Positions 14,914 through 25,659 of a stretch of 32,000 nucleotides of DNA are shown piece by piece. Position numbers and translations under genes: made by a program. The stretch is from Wolbachia endosymbiont of Cimex lectularius (GTDB taxonomy: Bacteria; Pseudomonadota; Alphaproteobacteria; Rickettsiales; Anaplasmataceae). Where the stretch lies: contig NZ_AP013028.1 of the NCBI RefSeq assembly GCF_000829315.1, positions 1,110,001-1,142,000 on the forward strand, written 5' to 3'. Within the stretch, counting starts at the first letter, position 1. Each line of letters opens with the position of its first letter. Under the pieces are notes generated by a model. It was not told the origin of the DNA, did no database searches, and saw only the letters and a program-made list of their open reading frames with translations.

Positions 14914-17373
14914 CTAATGCTTTAGTGTTTCTAAGCCAGAAAAATTATCGTCTTCATTTTTTACAGAGGAAGATGGTGTATTGCTTCCATTATCGCTTTC
15001 AATTGGAACAGTAGGCTGTATCAAAGCAATTTTTATAACCTCATCAATGTTCTTGACAAAAACTACGTTGATCTTTTCCTTAATATTTGCTGGGGTTTCT
15101 TGCATATCCTTCTCATTTTCGCTAGGTATAATCACAGTCTTGATTGATACTCTGAGTGCTGCGAGTAATTTTTCTCTCAAGCCTCCAATAGCTAAAACTC
15201 TACCACGCAGTGTCACTTCACCTGTCATAGCAACACTTTTGTCAACTGGTATGTTTGTCATAAGAGAAACAATGGACGTACATATTGCACTACCAGCAGA
15301 AGGTCCATCCTTTGGTACAGCGCCCTCAGGTAGATGCAAATGTATATCATTGTTTTGAAATTTTTCAGGCTTTATGCCAAAGAATAGACAATTTGATCGA
15401 ATATAACTATACGCAGCCTTTATGGATTCTTGCATAACCTCTCCAAGTTTCCCCGTATATTTTATTTCCCCCTTACCTGGAATCAAAACTGACTCTATCA
15501 TTAAAATATCACCACCTGTTTCAGTGTAGGCTAGTCCAGTTACTACCCCTACTAAACTCTCATTTTCTGCAATACCAAAGGTATATTTACGCACCCCTAA
15601 ATAACCTTGTAAATTGTTAACTCCCACACATATTTTCTTATTTTTACCTTCTAATATTTCTTTCACCGCCTTTCTCATGAGCTTTGCAAGCTCCCTTTCC
15701 ATACTGCGAACACCACTTTCACGTGTATATAAACGTATCAACTCATACAGTGCATCGTTAGTTATACTCCATTCTTTCTGGCGCAAACCATGCTCTTGCT
15801 TTAATTTGGGAATTATATGATACTTAGCAATATTAATTTTTTCATCTTCTGTATAACCAGATAATTGTATGATTTCCATCCTATCATGCAAAGGGTGTGG
15901 TAAATTCAAGCTGTTTGCTGTAGCCACAAACATTACACTTGAAAGATCAAACTCAACTTCTAAGTAATGGTCAGTAAAGTGCTTGTTGTGTTCAGTGTCC
16001 AAAACCTCAAGCAACGCAGATGCAGGGTCACCACGCGAATCAGAACCCATCTTATCTATTTCATCAAGTAAAAAAAGTGGGTTGCACGAATTAGCTTTTT
16101 TCATGTGTTGAATGACTTTGCCGGGCATTGAGCCAATATAAGTTTTTCTATGGCCACGTATTTCAGATTCATCACGCACACCACCAAGAGCTATGCGAAC
16201 AAAATCTCTTCCTACTGCCCTTGCCATAGACCTAGCTAAAGAAGTTTTACCAACACCAGGTGGTCCCAATAAGCAAAGTATAGGACCCTTGATCTCTTTT
16301 ACTCTCTTTAACACCGCCAAAAACTCTATTATTCTATCTTTTACCTTCTCTATGCCATAGTGATTTTCATCTAAGATTTTTTTAGCTGCATTTAAATTAA
16401 TTTTTGCATCTTTGTATTTTCCCCATGGCAGATCAAGCAACCAATACAGATAATTAGATATAACTGTAGCTTCAGGAGAAATGGGGTTCATTTTCTTATA
16501 TCTTTTCAACTCAGTTAAAGCTTTCTCCCTTGCTTCCTGAGAAAGCTTTGTTTCTTCTATCTTTTTTTCAAATTCATTTATTATATTTCCTTCTTCTCCA
16601 TTCTCAAATTCGCCCAATTCTTTCTGTATAGCTTTCAATTGCTCATTGAGGTAGTAGGCTTTCTGAGTGCTTTCAACTTGTGATTTAATTGTTTTATATA
16701 AACGGTTTTGTGCATTCAAAATGCTGATTTCTCTCTCAATAAAAGTAAAAGTTTTTCTTAAACGTTCCCCCGGACCATAAGTCTCAAGTATGCTTTGTTT
16801 ATCTGATGCTTTTATATTCAAATATAAAACTATCGTGTCTACAAGCAGATCAATTTCTTTGATCTGCTCAACGGGATTAACAATAATATCAGGCTGGTTT
16901 TTCTTGTTCAGTTTACACCAGCTATCAAACGCACCTATAACAGATCGCCTTAAAGCTTCCAGATCGACATTATCCTCATCTTCCTCGTATTCATGATAAT
17001 TATCCAATTCTACTCTAGCCTGTAATAAAGCATGAGAGTCGATATACTCAACAGCTCTTCCTCTGCTGACTCCTTGGATTACAACTTTTACCGCATTATC
17101 AGGCAATTTTATCAATGGCTGTACAATATTTGCTAGCACACCTACTTCATAAAGATCTTGTGGCTCTGGGTTGTCAAGAGAGCCATCTTGCTGTGCCACA
17201 AGAAAAATCTTATTTTGGTGACTACTATTATTAATTGCATACTCTAATGCATTAATAGATTTTTCTCTGCCTATAAATAAAGGTACCACTACACTTGGAA
17301 AAATTACTACATCTCTTAAAGGCAATACCGGCAATGTAGCAAAATTAGAGTCCATAGCATACTCAATGTTCAT
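14914..17373 (-). CDS. lon: ATP-dependent Lon protease
   Basis: 819 aa ORF with the LON N-terminal domain (LPVLPLRDVVIFP), Walker A GPPGVGKTS, and the protease motif PKDGPSAGSAICTSIVS with its catalytic Ser. Confidence 0.97.
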   Translation of the reverse strand: MNIEYAMDSNFATLPVLPLRDVVIFPSVVVPLFIGREKSINALEYAINNSSHQNKIFLVAQQDGSLDNPEPQDLYEVGVLANIVQPLIKLPDNAVKVVIQGVSRGRAVEYIDSHALLQARVELDNYHEYEEDEDNVDLEALRRSVIGAFDSWCKLNKKNQPDIIVNPVEQIKEIDLLVDTIVLYLNIKASDKQSILETYGPGERLRKTFTFIEREISILNAQNRLYKTIKSQVESTQKAYYLNEQLKAIQKELGEFENGEEGNIINEFEKKIEETKLSQEAREKALTELKRYKKMNPISPEATVISNYLYWLLDLPWGKYKDAKINLNAAKKILDENHYGIEKVKDRIIEFLAVLKRVKEIKGPILCLLGPPGVGKTSLARSMARAVGRDFVRIALGGVRDESEIRGHRKTYIGSMPGKVIQHMKKANSCNPLFLLDEIDKMGSDSRGDPASALLEVLDTEHNKHFTDHYLEVEFDLSSVMFVATANSLNLPHPLHDRMEIIQLSGYTEDEKINIAKYHIIPKLKQEHGLRQKEWSITNDALYELIRLYTRESGVRSMERELAKLMRKAVKEILEGKNKKICVGVNNLQGYLGVRKYTFGIAENESLVGVVTGLAYTETGGDILMIESVLIPGKGEIKYTGKLGEVMQESIKAAYSYIRSNCLFFGIKPEKFQNNDIHLHLPEGAVPKDGPSAGSAICTSIVSLMTNIPVDKSVAMTGEVTLRGRVLAIGGLREKLLAALRVSIKTVIIPSENEKDMQETPANIKEKINVVFVKNIDEVIKIALIQPTVPIESDNGSNTPSSSVKNEDDNFSGLETLKH

Positions 17374-17394
17374 AATACATGCTCAAATTAACCA

Positions 17395-18669
17395 TTAACC
17401 TACTGCTACAATGTCACCCTTGTTGCCACGATTGATTACTACTTTTCCTGATTCCACCATTTCCTTAGTAACTACTATTGTACTACCTTCAAAACCCCCG
17501 TTTCCAACTGTATACATAACATCAAGCAAAAGTGACTCTAAAATAGCACGTAACATTCTTGCACCTGTTTTATAACTCATAGCTTTTTCAGCAATAGCTG
17601 ATACTGCGTTATCTGAAAATTCAAGATTTACTTTGCTAAACGCAAGTAGTGCTTTGTATTGTTTTATTAGTGCATTCCTTGGCTCTATCAGTACATGTAC
17701 TAAATCTTCGTGGTCTAACTCATCTAAAACAGCAGTTATTGGAACACGCCCTACGAACTCCGGTATCAAACCGAATTTAATTAAATCTTCGGGTTGAACA
17801 TCACGTAAAGTATTTTTTTTCCTTTGCTCTTTAGATTGACTGATATCTGCTCCAAAGCCAACTGATGTTCCTTTCTTTCTTGCTTCAATGATCTTATTTA
17901 AACCTTCAAAAGCTCCCCCACAAATAAACAGTATATTATTAGTATCCACTTGTACAAATTCCTGTTGCGGGTGTTTCCGTCCTCCCTGTGGAGGAACGTA
18001 AGCAACTGTGCCTTCCATAATCTTAAGTAGAGCTTGTTGGACTCCTTCGCCTGAAACGTCACGTGTTATCGAAGTACCTTCAGATTTCCTTGTGATTTTA
18101 TCTATTTCATCTATAAACACTATACCACGTTGTGCCTTTGCAACATCGTAATTTGCTGCTTGCAATAGACGCGATAACACGCTTTCCACATCATCACCTA
18201 CATAACCTGCTTCAGTCAAAGTTGTTGCATCAGCCATCGCGAACGGCACATCTGAAACTTTAGCGAGTGTTTTGGCTAGCAAGGTTTTACCAGAACCAGT
18301 AGGACCAATGAGCATTACATTCGATTTTTCGATTTCAACATCGCTTATAGAGTGAAATTGTGCCATAGACTGACAATGGTTATACATCGCTACAGACAAA
18401 ATATGTTGTGCATGTTCTTGACCAACAACATGCTTACTAAGAAAATTTTTTATATCTTCAGGTTTTTTTAGTAGTAACTTCACATCAGACATATAATCTG
18501 AATTAAATGCCCCACTTTTCTTTTGGCTTATTGCTCTGTGAGATAACTCTATGCACTCATTGCAAATAAACACTTTCAAACCGTCTGAAGAATTAGTAAT
18601 TAACTTATCTACTTCGTTTTGTGCTTTGTTGCAAAAAGAACAGTAGTGTAAATCATCATTGTTATCCAT
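17395..18669 (-). CDS. clpX: ATP-dependent Clp protease ATP-binding subunit ClpX
   Basis: Has the zinc-binding N-terminus CSFCNK...CNEC, Walker A GPTGSGKT, and [12 protein letters not shown] 18669 is preferred over the adjacent TTG 18672; it overlaps the clpP stop (TGATG). Confidence 0.96.
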   Translation of the reverse strand: MDNNDDLHYCSFCNKAQNEVDKLITNSSDGLKVFICNECIELSHRAISQKKSGAFNSDYMSDVKLLLKKPEDIKNFLSKHVVGQEHAQHILSVAMYNHCQSMAQFHSISDVEIEKSNVMLIGPTGSGKTLLAKTLAKVSDVPFAMADATTLTEAGYVGDDVESVLSRLLQAANYDVAKAQRGIVFIDEIDKITRKSEGTSITRDVSGEGVQQALLKIMEGTVAYVPPQGGRKHPQQEFVQVDTNNILFICGGAFEGLNKIIEARKKGTSVGFGADISQSKEQRKKNTLRDVQPEDLIKFGLIPEFVGRVPITAVLDELDHEDLVHVLIEPRNALIKQYKALLAFSKVNLEFSDNAVSAIAEKAMSYKTGARMLRAILESLLLDVMYTVGNGGFEGSTIVVTKEMVESGKVVINRGNKGDIVAVG

Positions 18670-19295
18670 CAATTCACCTTTTGTCCAACTCTAATACTTT
18701 CAATCTTAATATCTTTACGCTCAGCTATCACTCTGTCAACCAAGCCAATTTTCCTTGCTTCTTCAGGATCCATGAATTTATCTCTTTCCATCATTCTTTC
18801 AATTTGCTTCAGTGAACTTCCAGTATGCTTTTCATAAATCTGATTTAGTTTTTTCTTAATTCGCAAAATTTCATTAGCATGTATTTCTATATCAGTTGCC
18901 TGACCCTGATAACCACCAGATGGCTGATGTATCATAATTCTTGAATGAGGCAGAGAGTAACGCTTACCTTCTGTGCCAGCTGCAAGCAACAGAGAGCCCA
19001 TAGATGCAGCTTGACCTATACACAAAGTTGAAACATCTGGTTTTATATACTGCATTGTATCATAGATCGACAAACCAGCAGTTACAACGCCACCTGGCGA
19101 GTTAATATACATATAAATGTCTTTATCGGGGTTTTCCGATTCTAAAAATAAAAGCTGTGCTACTATTACGCTGGCCATGTTGTCCTCAATAGGACCAGTT
19201 ACAAAAATTATTCTTTCCTTCACTAACCTCGAATATATGTCATAGGCACGTTCACCACGACTAGTTTGCTCAATTACAATTGGTATAAGAGTCAT
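18669..19295 (-). CDS. clpP: ATP-dependent Clp protease proteolytic subunit
   Basis: 208 aa ORF containing [14 protein letters not shown] (catalytic Ser) and MIHQPSGG. Confidence 0.97.
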   Translation of the reverse strand: MTLIPIVIEQTSRGERAYDIYSRLVKERIIFVTGPIEDNMASVIVAQLLFLESENPDKDIYMYINSPGGVVTAGLSIYDTMQYIKPDVSTLCIGQAASMGSLLLAAGTEGKRYSLPHSRIMIHQPSGGYQGQATDIEIHANEILRIKKKLNQIYEKHTGSSLKQIERMMERDKFMDPEEARKIGLVDRVIAERKDIKIESIRVGQKVN

Positions 19296-19306
19296 ACCTT
19301 TTCCTA

Positions 19307-20650
19307 CTAAATATTATCAAATAATTCCTTTAACCCTTCCACAGAAACAATCTGCTCTTCTTTATTGACTTTTTCTATTATATAATCTGTAACTTTATGC
19401 TCAAGAGCTTGCCCTCTAACTAACTCCTGAAATTGCCTGTTTGAGCTAAAATGTTTCAATACTCTATTAAACGGTACATCTTCATTGACATACTGATTCA
19501 GAATAACATTTAAAACATCATTTTGAGTTAATGATATTTCATGTTCTGTACTGAACTTCATAAATAACATTGCAAGCTTTACTCGTCTTTCAGCTTCTTT
19601 ACAAGAGTCATCTTTAGAGTTCAACTCTTTTTCTACTCTCTGCTGTTCCTGTTTTACTACGTCTGTAGGCAAATCAAAGCTGTAACTAGCATCCAAACAA
19701 TCAAATAGTTCCTTCTTAATTAAGAGGTCTCCCATTTCTTTACACTGGTCATCAATTACTTCTTTTGCATGATTTATTAGCGAAGAATAATCTTCAAAAC
19801 CAATCCTCCTAGCTACTTCATCATCACTGCCAAAATCTTCTGCAATCTCAATATCATTAACTCGGACAGAAAAAGTAGCCTCTTGTCCCGCAAGGGAAAT
19901 TACCTGGTAATCTTTAGGAAATTTCAACTTAAAGCTTTTTGTTTCTCCTTTTTTCACGCCAATTAATTGATCTTCAAAACCATTGATAAACTCGCCGGAC
20001 CCTAAATTAACAGCAAAATTTTTGCCACTTCCACCTTGAAAGAGTTTGTTTCTAATCTGCCCTTCAAAGTCAATTATCAGTTTATCCCCATTTTTTGCTT
20101 GATAAGAATCATCATCAACAGAGATAAGATTAGGAAATTTTGTTTTTATAGAATCAATAAATTCTTTTATGTCTCCCTCTTCGATTTTTGCCTCAAATTT
20201 CTTCAAATTTATTTTATCAAGGTCTATTGTTGGCACTTCTGGCATTGACTCAAAAGACAGCTTGTACACAAAATCGCCTTTCTCATCCTTTTTATCCAGA
20301 TCTGGTAATGATATAATATCAACCTTAGGATGAATATGAGACTTAACTTCAATTTTTTTCATTAAATCACTTGAGCAATAGTCAATTGTATTACTCACTA
20401 CATATTCCAAAGCCTCACTTTTATAATTTGTAACAACAAGATCATAAGGCGTCTTTCCGGATCTAAATCCAGGCAATTTTGCATTCTTCGCTATCTCTTG
20501 TAATCTAGAATTCATCTTTTGTTCTATATCATCACTACTAACTGTGATTTCATACTCATGCTTTAGTTTATCTACACTAAGCTTCTTATAGGTATACATA
20601 TTACTTGATGTATCTACTTCGACTGCATTTTGAGGTATGTTACTAGACAT
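19307..20650 (-). CDS. tig: Trigger factor
   Basis: 447 aa ORF containing GFRSGKTP (ribosome-binding signature region) and a central FKBP-type PPIase region. It occupies the conserved position upstream of clpP-clpX-lon. Confidence 0.9.
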   Translation of the reverse strand: MSSNIPQNAVEVDTSSNMYTYKKLSVDKLKHEYEITVSSDDIEQKMNSRLQEIAKNAKLPGFRSGKTPYDLVVTNYKSEALEYVVSNTIDYCSSDLMKKIEVKSHIHPKVDIISLPDLDKKDEKGDFVYKLSFESMPEVPTIDLDKINLKKFEAKIEEGDIKEFIDSIKTKFPNLISVDDDSYQAKNGDKLIIDFEGQIRNKLFQGGSGKNFAVNLGSGEFINGFEDQLIGVKKGETKSFKLKFPKDYQVISLAGQEATFSVRVNDIEIAEDFGSDDEVARRIGFEDYSSLINHAKEVIDDQCKEMGDLLIKKELFDCLDASYSFDLPTDVVKQEQQRVEKELNSKDDSCKEAERRVKLAMLFMKFSTEHEISLTQNDVLNVILNQYVNEDVPFNRVLKHFSSNRQFQELVRGQALEHKVTDYIIEKVNKEEQIVSVEGLKELFDNI

Positions 20651-20808
20651 TATAACCCATTTATCAATGTTTTAATTTATATTTTTATAAAGCCATTTTA
20701 CCAGAATCTCGGTGAAATACAATCCTTAAGAACGAGTTTTTACACAAACATTAGAGTGTATTTAGTAATTATAAACCTTTTTTTTAAATCCAAGTACATG
20801 ATTTTGAG

Positions 20809-20890
20809 TGCGGATAGAGGGACTTGAACCCCCACGAGCAAGCTCACCAGGACCTAAACCTGGCACGTCTACCAATTCCGCCATATCCGC
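20809..20890 (-). tRNA. tRNA-Leu (anticodon TAG)
   Basis: The reverse complement reads GCGGATATGGCGGAATTGGTAGACGTGCCAGGTTTAGGTCCTGG, then a long variable arm, then GGGGGTTCAAGTCCCTCTATCCGCA. It is a class II tRNA with no encoded CCA. Confidence 0.88.
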
Positions 20891-21060
20891 AAGAATTTTT
20901 CAGTAACTTATAGCTAACACAAGCTATTCCTATCATTCCATTATAAGTACCGTCTTAAAAATACTCAAGGTCTAAAGTCTTATTTAATTTATAGTATTTA
21001 CACAATCAAAAAAGCTTATTAACATTTCTTAATGAAAATTCTAAACCCTGAAAATCAATA

Positions 21061-21657
21061 ATGAGACTAATAACAAGCTTTTTACTTGGAATTTTTCTGA
21101 TTACACAGAGTGGTTGTACACCACTTATAATAGGTAGCGTAGTGGCTACAGCAACGGCAACAGCAATAACAACACAAGATAAATCTTTGGGAAATATTGT
21201 TGATGATACAACTATGGTAATCAGAATCAATAAGGGACTCCTAAAGCACGGACTATTTTCATCTATAAAGGTTAAAGTAAGCGAAGGAAGAGTATTGCTC
21301 ATTGGAAACGTTGATACCCCTGAAAAGCAACTCATAGCAGAGAAAATAGCTTGGCAACAAAAAGAAGTTAAAGAAGTAATAAATGAAATAAGAGTAATAC
21401 CAATACAAACAACTTCCATGCTTGACACTACCGTAGACGGTATGATAACGGCGGAAATAAGAACAAGACTTTTAGGGAAAAGAAATATCAAATCAATTAA
21501 TTATAGCGTTAATACGGTTGATAGAGTTGTTTATTTGATGGGTATAGCTCAAAATAAAGCAGAACTAAAAGCTGTAATAGCAATTGCAAGAAAAGTAAAA
21601 GGGGTAAAACAAGTTGTAAGTTATGTACGATATAGACACAGCAAATTACGCCATTAA
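21061..21657 (+). CDS. BON domain lipoprotein (OsmY-like)
   Basis: The signal peptide has a lipobox (LITQSGC). Two BON-like repeats follow (VKVSEGRVLLIGNVDT and VNTVDRVVYLMGIAQN). Confidence 0.7.
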   Translation: MRLITSFLLGIFLITQSGCTPLIIGSVVATATATAITTQDKSLGNIVDDTTMVIRINKGLLKHGLFSSIKVKVSEGRVLLIGNVDTPEKQLIAEKIAWQQKEVKEVINEIRVIPIQTTSMLDTTVDGMITAEIRTRLLGKRNIKSINYSVNTVDRVVYLMGIAQNKAELKAVIAIARKVKGVKQVVSYVRYRHSKLRH

Positions 21658-21705
21658 TGGAAATTTAGTTCCCAGTTACAATTTTATATCAAAGGTGATG
21701 TGCAA

Positions 21706-22638
21706 ATGAGAGTAGCTTTTCAAATGGATGAGAATATAAACTTTGAAACTGACACCACATTTGCATTAATAAAGGAGGCACAAAGGAGGAAGCACGAAGT
21801 TTTCTTCTATGTCCCTAACAATTTAGCACTAAATTTAAATCAGCCAATCGCTCTTGCTCAGAAAGTCAGCGTTGACGATTTTAGTTTCATCTCTAAAAAA
21901 GATGTAACCATCAACTTGAGTGAAATGGATATCATATTTATCAGACAGGATCCACTCTTTGATGTGCGTTATATTACAACCACCTATATTTTAGAAAAAA
22001 CTAGCGCATTGGTAATTAATAATCCAACGGAGATAAGAAACTGTCCCGAAAAACTAATTACTTCACTGTTTCCAGAGCTAACTCCACCAACTTTAATTAC
22101 TGAGAATGTATCGATGATTAGAGATTTTTACCATGATTACAGAGATATTATCCTGAAACCATTGTATAGCTATGGAGGAAACGATGTAATAAGAATACAA
22201 GATGAAAACAGTATTCAAGTAGTAGTTGAACTCATGATCGCAAAATATGAGTGTCCTGTGATTGCACAAGCATTTTGCAAAAATATAGATAAAGATAAAA
22301 GAATACTGTTACTCGATGGCCAACCAATTGGAATAATGAAACGAGTTCCAAGAGATGGAGAGATCAGAACAAACTTGCGGCTCGGAGCGAGCTTTGAACC
22401 TGCTCAGATGAACGACAGAGACAATGAAATATGCAATAAAATTGGCCCTGAATTAAAGAAAAGAGGGCTAATATTTGTTGGTATTGACATTATAGGTGAC
22501 TTTCTTCTCGAAATTAACACAACTTCACCCACGGGAGTAGTTTACGTCAACAAATTATATAATACATTGCTAGAAAGAAATCTTTGGGATACATTCGAAG
22601 AAAAAGCAAGCAGCCATATCCGTCAGCTAAATTCTTGA
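21706..22638 (+). CDS. gshB: Glutathione synthetase (ATP-grasp)
   Basis: MRVAFQMDENINFETDTTFALIKEAQRRKHEV parallels the E. coli GshB N-terminus, and IRTNLRLG...VGIDIIGD.LLEINTTSP is the ATP-grasp C-terminus. ATG 21706 is preferred to GTG 21700. Confidence 0.9.
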   Translation: MRVAFQMDENINFETDTTFALIKEAQRRKHEVFFYVPNNLALNLNQPIALAQKVSVDDFSFISKKDVTINLSEMDIIFIRQDPLFDVRYITTTYILEKTSALVINNPTEIRNCPEKLITSLFPELTPPTLITENVSMIRDFYHDYRDIILKPLYSYGGNDVIRIQDENSIQVVVELMIAKYECPVIAQAFCKNIDKDKRILLLDGQPIGIMKRVPRDGEIRTNLRLGASFEPAQMNDRDNEICNKIGPELKKRGLIFVGIDIIGDFLLEINTTSPTGVVYVNKLYNTLLERNLWDTFEEKASSHIRQLNS

Positions 22639-23654
22639 GCTATTACCTTAATAAATTCAGTAACCCCATTCCTTATTTTTGTTCTCTTAGTATTACTAGC
22701 CATATCACGCAATTTTTGACAATTTTGTAATAGATCAACTAGCAACTCTCTTAAATTTTTTTTCACTTCACTGTTTTGCTCAACTGTTACAGCCGCCCTT
22801 GAATCTTCAATATATTTTGCGTTATAAAATTGATGACTATCTTTTGAGTGAGGATAAGGAATATATATAGCGGGGCGCTCAGCAAGAGTAATTTCCGCTA
22901 TCGAGGTTGCTCCTGCTCTGCTAATTACCAAATGAGTACTTGCCAACCTATTTTCCATATCGTCAAAAAACTCACTTAATTCACAATCGATTCTTTCACT
23001 CTCATATAGGCCCCTAACTTTATCCATATTTTTCTTCGTGCATTGCTGCGTTACTCTAATCTTCCCTTTCATTTCAGTAGGCAGACTACAAATCACGTCA
23101 CTTACTACATCATCAAAAGAATTTGCACCTTGACTACCTGCTATTATTAATATGTTTAGGGTTTTTTCAGTACAAGAATAGCCTTGCGCCTTTATATTAA
23201 CGAAATTCCCTGTAAAAACACATTTACTGTTCCTCGCATATTTAGTCTCTGGAAAGCTAGTTGCAATTAATTTTGCACTTTTGGAAAAGAATCTGTTTAC
23301 CCTCCCTAAAACTGTATTTTGTTCATGCAAAATTATAAGTATAGAGAGAATCTTTGCTGCAAGGAGAGTTGGAAAAGAAGCATAGCTACCAAAACCAATG
23401 ACTAGCTTTGGTTTCAATTTTCTTATTTGATACAGTGCTAACACACAACTACATATCAAAAAAAGAAAAAACTTAAATTTATTGCTGCTTGGCTTACATA
23501 ACGGCAGGGTATAACTCTCCATATCAGTATTTTTATCTGTTTTTTTATCAGTAAATAATGTGCTATTATATCCTTGTATCTTTAGTGCTCTTGCTAAGGT
23601 TATAGCTGGAAAAATGTGTCCGCCTGTACCACCTGTTGCTAGAATGATATTCAT
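22623..23654 (-). CDS. murG: UDP-N-acetylglucosamine--N-acetylmuramyl-(pentapeptide) pyrophosphoryl-undecaprenol N-acetylglucosamine transferase
   Basis: Contains ILATGGTGGHIFPAITLARAL and SRAGATSIAEI motifs. The internal ATG 23654 (MNIILATGG) is preferred over 23690. The 3' end overlaps the gshB 3' end by 16 nt. Confidence 0.92.
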   Translation of the reverse strand: MNIILATGGTGGHIFPAITLARALKIQGYNSTLFTDKKTDKNTDMESYTLPLCKPSSNKFKFFLFLICSCVLALYQIRKLKPKLVIGFGSYASFPTLLAAKILSILIILHEQNTVLGRVNRFFSKSAKLIATSFPETKYARNSKCVFTGNFVNIKAQGYSCTEKTLNILIIAGSQGANSFDDVVSDVICSLPTEMKGKIRVTQQCTKKNMDKVRGLYESERIDCELSEFFDDMENRLASTHLVISRAGATSIAEITLAERPAIYIPYPHSKDSHQFYNAKYIEDSRAAVTVEQNSEVKKNLRELLVDLLQNCQKLRDMASNTKRTKIRNGVTEFIKVIAQEFS

Positions 23655-23746
23655 CTGTGTATAGCAAATTGATACTAGATTGTTAACCATTACTTAACAA
23701 TTTGCACGTAAAATTTTACTAAGCTTTATATGGTAGGGAATCAAAA

Positions 23747-24127
23747 ATGTCTGAAAACAATAGTAAAAAAGAATCTAACGTGAAAAATAAGCCTCAAGAA
23801 CAAGGAGAAGGCAAAAGCGGAGGTTTTGTAGGACTGTTAAAAGATATAATAAAAGCTCTCTTCAATTCGGTTGTTGATCTACCTCAGCAAGAGCAATGTA
23901 AAAATTACAATCAGCAAGAAGGTAAAGATATGAGTACTGAAACAACAGTCAAGCAAAGGGGTAAAAAAAATCCAGAGGATCTTGATCAAAAGCAAGTGAA
24001 AAAAGCAGCTGAAGGGTTAAAAGAAAGGTTACAGAAATCTGGTGCTAGTAATCAACCTGTCGGAATTGAAGTACCCAGTCAAGCTACAACTCAAGATGTT
24101 GATGATGTCAAAGCAATGGAACGCTAA
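23747..24127 (+). CDS. Hypothetical small hydrophilic protein
   Basis: 126 aa ORF, Lys/Gln/Glu rich, with a single amphipathic stretch GGFVGLLKDIIKALFNSVV. I recognise no family. The coding call rests on ORF length in an otherwise tightly packed region. Confidence 0.5.
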   Translation: MSENNSKKESNVKNKPQEQGEGKSGGFVGLLKDIIKALFNSVVDLPQQEQCKNYNQQEGKDMSTETTVKQRGKKNPEDLDQKQVKKAAEGLKERLQKSGASNQPVGIEVPSQATTQDVDDVKAMER

Positions 24128-24128
24128 T

Positions 24129-25514
24129 TCAACTGTTTAACGATTCATCGTCTGCCGCAAGAACCGATTCATGTATCATTTCTGAAATGGTCGGATGAGG
24201 AAAGATCGTAGACTTTATGTCGGAGTCTGTTCCTTCTAGTTGCTTTGCAAGAGCAAAATTGCTAATTAACTCTGTTACTTCTGCTCCTATCATGTGAGCG
24301 CCAAGAAGTTCGCCTGTTTTTTTATCAACCACTGTTTTTACTAACCCTTCGGTTTCACCGAGTGCAATAGACTTACCATTAAAATTAGAATGAAATTTTC
24401 CTATTTTTACATCATACCCATTTTTTATTGCCTGTTCTTCAGTAAGGCCAATACTTGCTATTTGCGGGTGAGAGTAAGTGCAATTTGGTATGCACTCTTT
24501 TTTTAACTTATGAGGACTTTTGTCAGCAATCTTTTCAACGCAGATCACAGCTTCATGACTTGCCTTATGCGCTAAACATGGCGGGCCAGCTACATCGCCT
24601 ATCGCATACACGTTAGGTTCACTTGTTTCATACCATTCATTCGTTTCAATAAAACCAGAAGAGCTTAATTTAATTTTTGTATTTTCTAACCCTATATTTT
24701 CAGTGTTTGCCTGAACGCCAACTGCAATAATTACTCTATCAAATTCTTTGCTCTTACCACTACTTAGTTGCACTTGAGTAGAGCCTTTATTTTTAGTAAA
24801 AGTTTTTACACTATTGTTTGTACATATTTTTATTCCCTGTCTTATAAGTATTTCTTGCGCTAAATTTGAAATCTCTCTATCTTCCAGCGGTAAAATAGTG
24901 TCTTTTACTTCTACAATTGTTACTTCGACTCCCAAAGTACTATAAAAACTTGCAAATTCTACTCCAATTGCACCAGATCCTATAATTAGTAGCGATTTTG
25001 GCAGTCTATCTGGAGTCATAGCATGCTGTGCATTCCATATTAAATCCCCATCTACCTCTATTCCAGGCAGATTTCGCGCTCTCACACCTGTTGCTAAAAT
25101 AATATGCTTGGAAACAACTTCTTGTTCCTCCTTACTATTGAAGATTTTTATAGTATGGTTACCCGCAAGTTTACCAAGTCCTTGGTGAATTTTGATGTTA
25201 TTCTTCTTCATCAAATACGCAACACCTTTTGATAACTTATCGACAACATTCCTCGAGTATCTCACTATCGACTGAATATCAAAGCTTGTATCTTTTACTT
25301 TTATACCAAATTCCTCTGATCTTCTTATTAACCTATAAATTTCAGATGCTCTAAGCAGAGATTTTGTTGGTATACACCCCCAATTTAAGCATATACCACC
25401 TAAATTCTTCTCTTTCTCAATAACCGCAGTTTTAAACCCAAGCTGCGCTGCTCTAATTGCTGCTATATAACCACCAGGACCGCTACCTATAACCGTAACA
25501 TCATACTCACTCAT
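24129..25514 (-). CDS. lpdA: Dihydrolipoyl dehydrogenase (E3)
   Basis: Contains the FAD motif VIGSGPGGY, the redox-active disulfide GGICLNWGCIPTK, the NAD motif IIGSGAIGVEF, and the C-terminal HPTISE dimer-interface motif. Confidence 0.96.
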   Translation of the reverse strand: MSEYDVTVIGSGPGGYIAAIRAAQLGFKTAVIEKEKNLGGICLNWGCIPTKSLLRASEIYRLIRRSEEFGIKVKDTSFDIQSIVRYSRNVVDKLSKGVAYLMKKNNIKIHQGLGKLAGNHTIKIFNSKEEQEVVSKHIILATGVRARNLPGIEVDGDLIWNAQHAMTPDRLPKSLLIIGSGAIGVEFASFYSTLGVEVTIVEVKDTILPLEDREISNLAQEILIRQGIKICTNNSVKTFTKNKGSTQVQLSSGKSKEFDRVIIAVGVQANTENIGLENTKIKLSSSGFIETNEWYETSEPNVYAIGDVAGPPCLAHKASHEAVICVEKIADKSPHKLKKECIPNCTYSHPQIASIGLTEEQAIKNGYDVKIGKFHSNFNGKSIALGETEGLVKTVVDKKTGELLGAHMIGAEVTELISNFALAKQLEGTDSDIKSTIFPHPTISEMIHESVLAADDESLNS

Positions 25515-25583
25515 CAGTTTTCTTCGTATTAAAAAAGATTATATATAACAGACGGAACCTATATAATCAACGGCGTTATCTCT

Positions 25584-25637
25584 TGTCATCCAAGTAGCCT
25601 TTTTTTGTCATTCCAGTGCTCAACACTGGAATCCAGG
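25584..25637 (+). repeat. Orphan MITE arm plus hairpin module
   Basis: TGTCATCCAAGTAGCC (25584-25599) resembles the M1 terminal arm. TGTCATTCCAGTGCTCAACACTGGAATCCAGG (25606-25637) is the hairpin module found in M1-M3. Confidence 0.65.
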
Positions 25638-25659
25638 ATACTACTTTAGTAATAAATAT

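Noticed and set aside
14981-15358. 125-aa plus-strand ORF, and other plus-strand ORFs within 14914-17373
   Set aside because: They are antisense shadow ORFs inside lon.
17395-20890. tRNA-Leu-tig-clpP-clpX-lon cluster as a candidate novel system
   Set aside because: This is the standard conserved proteostasis gene cluster of proteobacteria, and nothing unusual was seen beyond tight gene packing.
21006-21491. 161-aa ORF on the minus strand
   Set aside because: It is antisense to the BON lipoprotein gene, which has a proper lipobox signal peptide and domain repeats. The antisense product is Ser/Ile/Val-rich low-complexity sequence.
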